Positions 53,085 to 64,000 of a stretch of 64,000 nucleotides of DNA are shown here, piece by piece (position 1 is the first letter of the stretch; each line of letters opens with the position of its first letter). The notes beneath the pieces are model-generated. The model saw nothing but the letters and a program-made list of their open reading frames with translations, was not told where the DNA came from and ran no database searches. This stretch comes from Octopus sinensis. Lineage: Eukaryota. The stretch covers positions 38,006,001 through 38,070,000 of the forward strand of contig NC_043005.1 of NCBI RefSeq assembly GCF_006345805.1, given 5' to 3'. Made by a program: the position numbers and the translations under genes.

Positions 53085-54719
53085 AGTTAGTGTATTTCCA
53101 TATACATTGATCATAAATGTAAGGTAGAATGACTTTGGTAAGAACAGTTTTCGATCATAGGTTACTTCAGCCACAGAGATCATGAGACAAAATGTTAGTG
53201 TCAACATAATTCAATTAAAAAGTTGTTCATTTGAAAGCCATAACCACCTATCTTCACAAAGCATACAAACAGAGACATTGGTATCTCTATAAAGATAATT
53301 AAATTAAATGTTATCACTAATTAAATGAAGAACTGAATAGTTGAAACATGTTTACAAAATAAACAAAACAAAAATATCAAAAGTGACTTTAAAAGAAAGA
53401 TTAAAATGTGATAACTCAGTGACTCCCAAAAGGTTTTCATATTTTAATATTATTTCATACATATGCCATTTGCTTTTCCATCTGTTTACTTTTTACTATG
53501 CTTAAATAGAAACACACACATATACAAGCACAAAAAAACATATGCACACACACACACACACATAATTTGTTATTAAAGACTAGATAAGCACAGTGTGTAA
53601 CCATTTATTTTGAATTGCATACAATCTATAATACTTCAAGTTTCATTGTTTTATCACCCAAGCATCTGCTTTATATTTCTCTTCTGATGAAATGGTTATC
53701 TTAGAGTCACTGGAACTGTTGTAAGGATAGGAATTATTATATAAATCTACCTTGTTTTTCTTACACACACACACAGTCGATATAGTTGTTTCACAGTGAT
53801 GACTGACTTTTCACAATGTTGCACCAGCATAGATAGCATAAGTCACCATGTTCACATAAAGTAGATGTTATTGCACAATATTTTATAATCATGGTGTGCT
53901 ATGGATCACATTTATTGTTGTGCACATGCCAACATATGGAGTCACATACATGCATATATAGCATGCCCTTTGTATCTATCATGTTTGTAAAGACTGATAG
54001 CACAATTATATTTCACATATATGTACATAAACATAAAATAGCAGCCACATTCATGTGTGTGTGTGTGTGTTTGTGTGTGTGTCTGTGTGTGTGTATGTGT
54101 GTGTATGTGTGTGCATGCTCCCATTTAGGCAGTGTCATCATTTACATCTGCCATAAACACATGTTCAACCACAGGAAGGTTCATCATGTAAAAGACCAGT
54201 GGCATAAATACCCTATTTGGAAACGAGGGTTGGAACCACAAATGTTGTTTGCATACAGAAAACTGCTCAATCAAGTGTCATACCAACCCATTCAAAAACG
54301 GAGCAAAGAAAAGGAAAAAAAAAAAGAAACAGGCACCAAAACAATGGCACTGATGATAATTTGATGCTACATGGTTAAATCTGAACAAATCAGCTAATCT
54401 TAGCAAATGGAATGGTAGGTAACCATAAACAATGTTTCACAATCCCATACAAACCAAAAATGTTGTGATCCAGTGTGTAAATTATTAAACTATACAAAGA
54501 GATACTTCAAACATATAATGTTATTATACTATTTACAATGTCATACTTGTGTTGTCACTGAATGTACGATAATATATATACTTATATATATATATATATC
54601 AGCAGGAGATTGAGAAATCTTTTGGTACTATTTATTCACTTTTACACATGTTTATATATATACATATCCTCGGTGATAATGGACTGAACTGTAATAACTT
54701 GCACATCCTCTGATAATTC

Positions 54720-55010
54720 ATGGATGGTAATTCAACAATTTCCCCTCACAGCTGCATGCACATCTGCAATGTTTTTCTCAGTTCTGCTGGTTGCAGCTCT
54801 CCCAAAACATTCATCAATATCAACATTTTTCTGGCCATCTTGGAAACATTTGAACCATTCGTAAACTTGAGTGCAGCTCAAACACTCCTTGCCTAACACT
54901 TTCTGCAACTTTGCATAGACCCTTGAGCAGGTATCACCATGACATTTTTCTCTGTCATGGTCATTGCAATAATTACATGCTATACACATTCATTCCAAGT
55001 GCTGCTGGAA
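54720..55010 (-). mobile_element. Mariner N-terminal HTH remnant
   Basis: YAKLQKVLGKECLSCTQVYEWFKCFQDGQKNVDIDECFGRAATSRTEKNIADV. Confidence 0.8.
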
Positions 55011-55139
55011 ACAGCGGAAGTAAGCTAGAATGTTAAAACTTAGTGTGCATGCACGACAGAGTCCAAGATCAATCTGTGCTAAGTGGCTTCACTCTGTGTG
55101 CTTTAGCTTCATTTGCAACTTTCTTAATTAGTTTTGGAA

Positions 55140-55897
55140 ATTATGTCCTTTTATATGGCCTTTTATTGGTAATGGTGAGCTCTTTCTAAAGAGTGTTCCA
55201 TTCATAATGTTTCTTCAATTTGTTCACCTTAAATTGCTGAATAGCCCAAAGTTTGTTATATTATACTCTGTCTTACAGATATTCTCATTAGAAAAAGTCT
55301 GAAGTCATTAAATCAGGTGATCGTGAGGGTCATTTGAATTTAGAGTTTCTTGATCTGAGCAGCTTACACTAGTCACGCTCGATAATCTCCTGGTTTCAGT
55401 TCCTACACAAGCCGCACTTTAAATGGAAATAAATTCAACATCCTTTAAATCCTTCATAGTGAGCTTTGGAATATGCCCAGCTACTGGACCCCACCTTTGG
55501 GTTGATGTTGGAGGCTCTTCTTCCATGTTCCACAGTGCACATTGAATGTTGTTCTAAGACCTCTCTGAATTTATCCTTCCTACACATGGCAAATCAATCA
55601 CAGCCCCTTGTTGTTCAAACTGCTGGATTAAGTTGAGTATCATTTCTTTTAGATGGTGGTTGTCTGATCTGAAAATGATGAATGTAAGCTCTTTTGGTTA
55701 GTACAACTGATCATTGATTTTTATAGACAAAATTTGGTTATTTTTACTTTAGAAAGAGCTCACCAATCATGAATTTATCAATGATTATTTTCTAAGAATT
55801 GCATGTCACTAATTTGAAACAAAAAAAAAATTGAAAAACATTAATTGTAAAATATTATTATAGTTTAAAATAGTCAAGTGACTTTTGGGCCACTCTG
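55140..55897 (-). mobile_element. Decayed Tc1/mariner-superfamily element
   Basis: Reverse complement starts with TIR-like cagagtggcccaaaagtcac; near 55300-55330 reads PSRSPDLMTSDFF (cf. WPPRSPDLTPLDFF). Confidence 0.6.
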
Positions 55898-56292
55898 TGT
55901 ATATATATATAAGTTTTGTGAAAAACAGCAGCATTTTTCAGGTTTCCAATAGGGATTCCTCAATGATGCTGATCCTTCTTAACTGCTTGAATAAGGAGTT
56001 ACTCTCAGATAAAACAGAACAAATATTACAGGGAAACTACAATTTAAAATTAAAATGATACCAAATCATGGTCTCTATCAGTAGTTTTTTAATTGCTAAT
56101 ATTGGCGCTTTCAGAAAAAATAATATGTGCTTGATAATCCACTAAAAGAAGGTGAGTGACACTTCAAGTAACATTTAACTGTTCTTTAGTATATATATAC
56201 AGAGAAAGAGAGAGAGAGAGATTTTTATGTAGTCACTGGTTACAGCCAGCCAGTCAGAAAGTTACCATTGGTTTCATGTCCATTGCTCTTAG

Positions 56293-56352
56293 CAATATAG
56301 GCAATCTACCAGACCTGCTGGACAGAGGCACATACGCCCTTTACTAATGCAG
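56293..56352 (+). CDS. Possible exon (60 nt, QYRQSTRPAGQRHIRPLLMQ; alternative acceptor at 56301)
   Basis: Acceptor tccattgctcttag; consensus donor CAG|gtaaga; frame ambiguous. Confidence 0.3.
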
Positions 56353-56479
56353 GTAAGAATACAATCTTGGTCAGCTTGGTAGTAAACGAAAAAGCCCTGA
56401 AACAAAATTCTTCATTGCAAAAACCCTTTCTGGGCAAGCTGGAGTTGTCTCTCTTTACAGATACACCCATACACACACA

Positions 56480-56519
<40 letters not shown>

Positions 56520-57548
56520 CATTACATAAATGTATACACACACATATATTCCTCTCTGTGTATATCTGTATGTGTGTGTGTACAAACACACCAACATGCT
56601 TATGTATTTGTTGTACTTTCATTTTTCTTGCAAAGAGGACCAAATATATTTGGTGAAGTTAATATAGTTCTATAACGATTGATTACAGTCTTATAGCCAT
56701 TACACACATATTTTTTTTTGCTCTAACCAAGCGTTCTTCAGATGGCAATTCACAGAAGTAACCATTCTGAACATGGTAAGGAAATTACTTTTGTCATTTA
56801 GTACTGTGGGTAGATATATCTTTATATACAATTTCCTATGTGGTTCTATTAATGAACGCACAGCAACTTATACGTACATATAAACAGAGACACAAACACA
56901 GTGAAACGAAAGCTTTCAAACAGCTAACTAAATTTAAAGTATTTTTGGACACACAATACACATCTTCCATCCATCTAGAGATGTAACAAGAATGCATACC
57001 ATAAAAAGAAAGAAAAATGAAATATTAAAAAAAAAAAAAAATAGATGGGTTACTTAGGGTTAGGAGAGAAGAATGAGATAAGAGGTTCTTATAACGATGA
57101 AAACAAGAATAGCTGAGAACAAAGATAAAGGATTTTTTCTGAGCTTGTAATAGATTGAAGAAGAGGTGAGAATGATGATCTAAAAACATTATATAATAGG
57201 ATGAGAAAGATGGCACTGGTGAGCAAACACACATGTGTGTGTGTGTATCTATCTATCTATCTATCTATCGGTCTGTCTGTCAGTCATATGTAATATTTCC
57301 CCATGATATGTTTTCAGAGTAGAAAGAAATAAAGGACTTGCTTACATTACAACACCTACACAATGTCAAGGCAGTAGATAGTAATGTACACACATGTATA
57401 CAAATGTATGTGTGTGTATGTGAGAGACAGGATTCTTTCGGTTTCCATTGATCAAGTTCCCTCACAAGGCTTTGATTGACCTGGGGCTATAGAAGATAAC
57501 ACTTGCCTAAGGTGCCCCCCCCCCACACACACACACAAACACTCATAC

Positions 57549-57776
57549 TTAACCCTTTCATTACCAACCTGGCTGAAACCGGCTCTGGCTCACAGTACAA
57601 ATGTCTTGTTTTCATAAGTTTTGTATTAAAATCTTCCACGAAACCTTAGTCACAATTAATGTTCCTAACACTAGCTTAATGATAACTAAGCTATTTTACT
57701 AAATTCTTTGTTATATCTAAAATAATTGAGAGAAACATAGAGCATCTCAAAATAAATACAGTAACGAAAGGGTTAA
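57549..57776. mobile_element. piggyBac-type MITE, second family
   Basis: ttaaccctttcattac / gtaacgaaagggttaa. Confidence 0.85.
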
Positions 57777-58797
57777 GAATAGCAAGTGTATGTGTGCCCT
57801 GTCTCTCACTCTGTTAGCCATTATTCTTAGGAATGCTGTCAAGAAACAGCTTGGATTTCTAAATTCCCTTTAGTCTGAAGTGTGAGTTTATGTGTATACC
57901 ATGTCATGACATTAATGATGGTTATAAATGATGTTGCTCATTTTCAGTCTTTCGTATGAAAACATATCTGGCCTTAGCAATATTTTAGCTTGCTTGAAAA
58001 CAGGCGAGGATTGGAGACAGGAAAGGCATCAGGCCATAGAAAAGCTGCCTTAACAAATTCAATTTGTCCCATGTAGAGCATGGCAAAGAGGGCATCAAAT
58101 GACAGCAATGAACATTCTTGCAGAAAGAACTTGAAAACTTTCTGATATGGTAGTAGAGAAGGAATGTGAAATATAAAGGAAATGCAATAAATTCATCGTA
58201 GTAACTGGTGCCGGACTTTTATAATTCACTCTACTCCTACTTTATCTTCGTCAACTCTTCTTCAAGAAAACAACTGTCATACAAGCAATCATTAGCCAGT
58301 GATTGTTGTTACATTGATGTGAATGCTATGATGCTTCCTCGTGGCCATAATGCGAATTTAATCCTTCTGAACTCTGGGATTGAAGTTTTTCTCATTTTTA
58401 CCTGCTAACTATCCAATCCCATGAATACAGCTTCCATTAAATATGTAGAAAGGCTGTTATGAGAAGGATTAATATTTAAGATATTCCTAAGAATCGTAAA
58501 AGAAACCAATGCCGAAGAATAATACATGACTAAAATATCTCTATACTGGTTTTAGGTGAAAATTTAATTCCAACTGATGTAGCTGTTATGGAGATAGGTA
58601 TTCCAAGGAGATAAAGAATTGCTTTTGGCTTCAAGTAAGACAGTAGAGAAGGCTGGGAGCTTCAATCCTTTTGATGCCAACTCGTCTGGGACTGCTTTTG
58701 GTTCTATGAAACAAGCTTTCGGTTTTTAAGTTATCTAAATGAAAACCTTTCAATGAAATTTCATGTTATGTTCCATGGAAATTTGGTAATAAAAGGA

Positions 58798-59021
58798 TTA
58801 ACTGTTTAGCATTTAAACCAGCCATATCAGGCCCATATATTCTACATGTTTTATGTTCAAACCAGCCAGATTCAGCCTCTCAGACTTATCATACAATGTC
58901 ATTCTAAAAATATACAACTGAAATCTTGAAGCTACATGATAGATAATGCATAATTAATTCAAACCCATCTCAATAAATAAGCATTATGTTTGACTGAGTA
59001 ATCTGAATGCCAAAGGGTTAA
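58798..59021. mobile_element. piggyBac-type MITE
   Basis: ttaactgtttagcatt / aatgccaaagggttaa; internal homology to 51764-51972. Confidence 0.75.
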
Positions 59022-59233
59022 TTAATGAAATTATCATTTAGATGTGATTTATTAGCATGGCTGTATGATTGAGAAGGTTGCTTTGCAACCACCTGGTTCT
59101 AGGTTCAGTCCCACTGCATAGCACCTTAGGCAAGTGACTTCTATATATACCCAGGATGATCAAAGGCTTGTGAGTGGATTTGCTAGACAAAAGCTAAATG
59201 AAGCCTGTTGTGTGTGTGTGTGTCTCTCTCTCT

Positions 59234-59291
<58 letters not shown>

Positions 59292-59806
59292 GTAGGTGTG
59301 TATATATGTATATATATGTAATGGGGTGTTATTGTTTCCTTGTCTTGACATTGCATGTTAAGCTGTAAGCAAACATCCCTCTTTTACAAATAGCATTCAT
59401 CATTTCCAATCTTCCAAGACATGTTTTGCAATAGGAAAATATTACCTTATTTGGAAAAAGGTATGGGTTGGTGACAGGGAGGACATCTAGCCATACTCCT
59501 AGATATACAACCAGTAGTGTAAATACCCTCAGTGTAGTAGTACTGCTGGATATACAAACTGCATTTGATGTTTTTTACTTGTTTCAGTTATTAGACTGTG
59601 GTCATGCTAGAGCACTGCCTTGAAGAATTTTTAGTGAAATGAAATGACCCCAGTGCATTCTTAAAGATTTGTAGTTATTGTATTGATCTGCTTTGCTGAA
59701 CCACTAAAATATGGGGACATAAACACCCCAACGCCAGTTGTCGAGTGGTGCTGGAAACAAACAGACATAAAGACACACACACATAGATATATACATATAT
59801 ATATAC

Positions 59807-59872
<66 letters not shown>

Positions 59873-60796
59873 GGGCTTCTTTCAGTTTCTGTCTACCAAA
59901 TCTACTTGTAAGACTTTGGCTGGCCCAAGGTCAAAGCAGAGGACGCCCATGGTGTCATACAGTAGAACTGAACCCAGAACCATGTGGTTGGGAAGCAAGC
60001 TTCTTACCAGATAGCCACAGCTGTGCCTAATATACTAAGATATGTCTAACTATTTTGTATTTACACTTTTCAGTTTTTTTTTTATTCACACTTCATCATC
60101 ATCATTACTTTAACACAGACTTTACGATGCTTGCATGGATCATATAGACTTTATCCTATGGCCAGGTGCCCTTCTTGTCACCAACACTCCCCTATTTCCA
60201 AGCAAGCTAATATTATCCCAATGGCTGGCCACGTTTTCACAGAAGACTGTAAACAAGGCATTATGCTTGTCAGATTACCGCTTGACAACCAATGTTGATG
60301 TGTTTACATCCCTGTAACTTAGCAGTTTGGCAAAAGAGACCAATGAAATAAGGACTAGGCTTAAAAAAATAAGTCCTGGGGTTGACTTGTTCGACTAAAA
60401 CCTTTCAAGGTGGTGCTCCAGCATGGCCACAGTCATGACTGAAAGAAGTAAAAGAATAAAAGAATACACACACACATACACAACACACACACACACATAC
60501 ACACACACACACACAAGTTGTTTTCTTTCATATTCATATCACGTTTACCATGAACAGCGTAGATGTATGATACTGTTATTGGAGTAAATGACTGTGTAAA
60601 TATTTCATGGATGATTGAAAAACTTAGTCATGACATATGCATTTGTGTGTTATAAGTTTTCACATAAAAGAAATATAAATTTACCTCGTTAACCCCAAAT
60701 TTTTATTTATATAAGAACGATGTTGTAAAATAAATTTATGGGTTTTAATGTACTACTGGTATTTGCTAACTTTTGTGGGGAATAATATACAAAGCG

Positions 60797-61041
60797 TAGG
60801 AGTGACTGTGTGGTAAGTAGCTTGCTTATGAACCACATGGTTCCGGGTTCAGTCCCACTGAGTGGCACCTTGGATAAGTGTCTTCCACTATAGCTTCGGG
60901 CTAACCAAACCCTTGTGAGTGGATTTGGTAGACGGAAACTGAAAGAAGCCCATCATATATATATATGGGCTAGAATATATATATGGGCTAGAAACACCAG
61001 CGATAATAATTAATTTTATTTTATCGCTTTTTGACTTTGTT

Positions 61042-61072
<31 letters not shown>

Positions 61073-61290
61073 GTGTGTATATGTTTGTGTGTCTGTGTTT
61101 GTCCCCCCAGCATCGCTTAACAACCGATGCTGGTGTGTTTACTTTCCTGTAACTTAGCAGTTCAGCAAAAGAGACCAATAGAATAAGTATTAGGCTTACA
61201 AAGAATAAGTCATGAGTTCAATTTGCTCGACTAAAGGTGGTACTCCAGCATGGCCACAGTCACATGACTGAAACAAGTAAAAGAGTAAAG
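60797..61290 (+). mobile_element. Near-complete bipartite CORE-type SINE with a foreign insert in its (TA)n spacer
   Basis: Head gcgtaggagtgactgtgtggtaagtagcttgc...ggttcagtccc; tail ...gactgaaacaagtaaaagagtaaa. Confidence 0.85.
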
Positions 61291-62699
61291 TGAATATTGC
61301 AAGAATTGAAGTTATAATATCTAGAATTGCTTATAATTATCTTTGAGTGGTTATCTTAGTAAATGTTGAATAACTTCAGATAGACATTTGACATCAATGA
61401 TAATAGAAAGTTTATTTAACTTTTGGGGTGCAAATGATGAAGTTGTTTTAGTTTTTATTTCATAATTGAATCAATAAAAAATTTTGCAGGTGCAACAAAG
61501 CAATCACTTTGTAACCAAATGGTTTTGGGTTCTGTCCAACTGCATGATACCTTGGACCACTCAATGCCTTGTGTTTGAATTTGATAGACAGAAACTGTGA
61601 GGAAGCCTGTCATCTGTGTGTATCTCCACCACCACTTAGCAACTGGTGTTGCTTTGTTTACACCTCTATAACTCAGAAGTTCAGTAAAAGGGAAATGATA
61701 GAATAAATTTCAGACTTAAAAATAAGTACTGGGGCTGATTTGTTTGACTAACCCCTTCAAGGCAGTGTCATACCATGGCCAAAAGCCAATTGCAGACACA
61801 AGTAAAAGATAAAAGAGAAATAAAAACTACTTACAGTGAGACTAGATAGTAGTGTTTATTAAAAACAATTGTAAATTGTATGAAAATAGGCAAGGTTAGT
61901 GCAATATATTCAACAAGCAAGGTAATGTACTAATTGTAATGCACTGATTTTAGGTCTAAGGCACTAAAATTAGGGGATTCATAAATATTGCATGTAAAAT
62001 TTCTTGATTGAATTAAAACCAAGGAGGAGACCATGGGTGGTCAATTTTGGAACAAGGAAAGAAACATTGACATGAGCAGGTGGGCAAGTGGGTCATATGG
62101 TATTATAACTGTCACATGATATTACTGTGAAATATTTTAGATTTTATGCAGTAATAAAATTACTCAGTGATGTACATAATCATAAAAATACTGTAGATTT
62201 CTTGTCTGCAAGTTAGTTAATTACAGTTTTGTTTTTGCAGCTGCAGTTTCTATCTTGTGCAATGAGATTGACTGTTAAGGTTAATGGTAACCCCTTCCTC
62301 TCTTGTAGGAGAAATGGAAATGCATCAAAATTCCCCCTCTCTCACTGTATGAGAAAGTGGAACACATTATAGGGCTAGAAAGAAGGGACACACATTGTAG
62401 AGTAGTTGAAGGTACAGAATACCCAAGTGCTTCTCCTGAAAATATGGTTGTTGTTGTTAGTGTAGGTCATCTCTGTCTAAGCAGACTTATGATCAAACAC
62501 CTAGCAGTCATGACCCTCCTGTCTTTCTAATAGATGTATCAATAACTACATTAATATATAATGCGTACTTCCTTTCTCAAGAGTATTGACTATACTTTGA
62601 GAGAGATTTAGCTAGTATTTCTAGAAGATTGAGTGATCATGTATAGGCTTGTTCTCTTGCTCATATTCATCTTGTTTCCGTAGTTTCTGACAAACACGT

Positions 62700-64000
62700 A
62701 TTTAATATGGCATTTAAATCCATTTATCAATCTGGACAGTTGAAGATCTAGTGAACAAATGTTCCAATATCTGGGATATAATAAGAAAAGAACCTGTCAC
62801 AATATATGTTGCTGGAAAATAATACAATGTCAAATATTTAATATGAATCTGTAGAGGAATATCTTGAAGAAATAAATCATAAATAGGGTTTTAAATCTTG
62901 TCCCCTGACTAATATACAGTGAATGAATTTTAAATGGCATTTTTTGATGCCCTTATATCAGAGTTTATTGAATATGAGAGAAACTCAGCATTCGAAATAC
63001 AGTTTGTTTATATATGTGGTTCTACAACAAATAGAGAATTAGGTAAATCTAATTTAGAGTTTATTGATGCATAAACATGGAATTTACATTCAAAGCAAGA
63101 AAAGAAGCTATGAATATTTGAGAGGATGCTGGATAAGAGATATCAACCGAGAAAATTTTATTATTTACGACTATTGAAATAAAGTAGATAATCTAAATGG
63201 ATATCAAAATAAGTAGTTTCCAGATTTTGTAAAACAGAAACTCTTACTAGATTTATGCGTTTACCGACATATGAACATGTGAAATGCTCATATTAAGATA
63301 AAGGACAGAGTATATCAAGCATCATATAATGTCATATCATTTTGAGATTATTTCGATCATGAAACTGAATTTTATCCTAAGCCACTTCTATAATTCCCCT
63401 TATTTTTATTCATGCTAGAGTTAAGGCACAAGACAGGAGCACATTTAAAGGTTGAGCTTAATTCATAAGTGCTCTCTTAATGGTATTTTGAAAAACTTAA
63501 AAGGATCTATTGGATCAAATAGAACATTGAAATGAGCTGCCTTTCTTGATAAAATACAGAAGAGGAAAATAAACAGTTCACTCATAAAAATGCTAATTTA
63601 CAGAGAAGAATGCAGAATGGAAGAATTATATCTAAACATATTTCTGAAAAATTATAGTACCTTTGAATGAAAAGAGGATTTTGGAAATATGTCACATAAT
63701 TTGAAAGTATGTCAGATGTTTTGAAAGTATATCAAATGTTTTGTAGGTTTCTTAAACTATGTCAGTTAGAATTGCTAGTTTATTAGTACCAAGATTAAAT
63801 GGGTAGATTGTAAATGTTTTATGGAACCATAAAGTAAAAAGTCAATTTAAATGACAAGCCAGAAAATTTTGATGCTCATTCTTGCCAAAAGCATCAGTTA
63901 TAGAATTCCCTTGACACACTTTGATTAAAATGAATTCACTTTGTGATTCTAGTCCCTTTTTGTAATGTTGGCTCATCTCTTTAGACTCTTCAGTATGAGA
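62700..64000 (+). pseudogene. Decayed intronless coding-like remnant, family unresolved
   Basis: About 1.3 kb free of microsatellites; protein-like stretches broken by stops, e.g. DALISEFIEYERNSAFEIQFVYICGSTTNRELGKSNLEFIDA and DYFDHETEFYPKPLL*FPLFLFML. Confidence 0.35.

Noticed and set aside
158-60317. Most ORFs in the supplied six-frame track (YI/CV/HT-rich, poly-L, poly-R, poly-S)
   Set aside because: They are translations of (TA)n, (CA)n, (TTA)n, (CTT)n and (TAG)n microsatellites or of SINE bodies

Overview
AT-rich, microsatellite-dense eukaryotic DNA. The SINE repertoire resembles that of Octopus (inferred from sequence resemblance, no search run). Nearly every ORF in the supplied track is a microsatellite or repeat artefact. 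The window looks mostly intronic to an unidentified + strand gene: best exon 48736-48852, likely microexon 22196-22222. Repeats include tRNA-derived SINEs (some in head-to-tail arrays), a full-length decayed Hsmar1-like mariner, other Tc1/mariner remnants, piggyBac- and hAT-type MITEs, two R4/Dong-like 3' ends in (TAA)n tracts, a Gypsy integrase remnant and several foldback elements. The main result is six type I hammerhead ribozyme motifs from two unrelated sequence families. All occur as outward-facing inverted pairs: a near-perfect 290-bp palindrome centred at 33330, and a tandemly duplicated ~740-bp foldback unit at 49.5-51.0 kb. These are probably non-autonomous Penelope-like derivatives. 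On either strand the antisense arm is transcribed before the ribozyme, so each ribozyme could be locked by its own complement. Ribozyme activity is untested.
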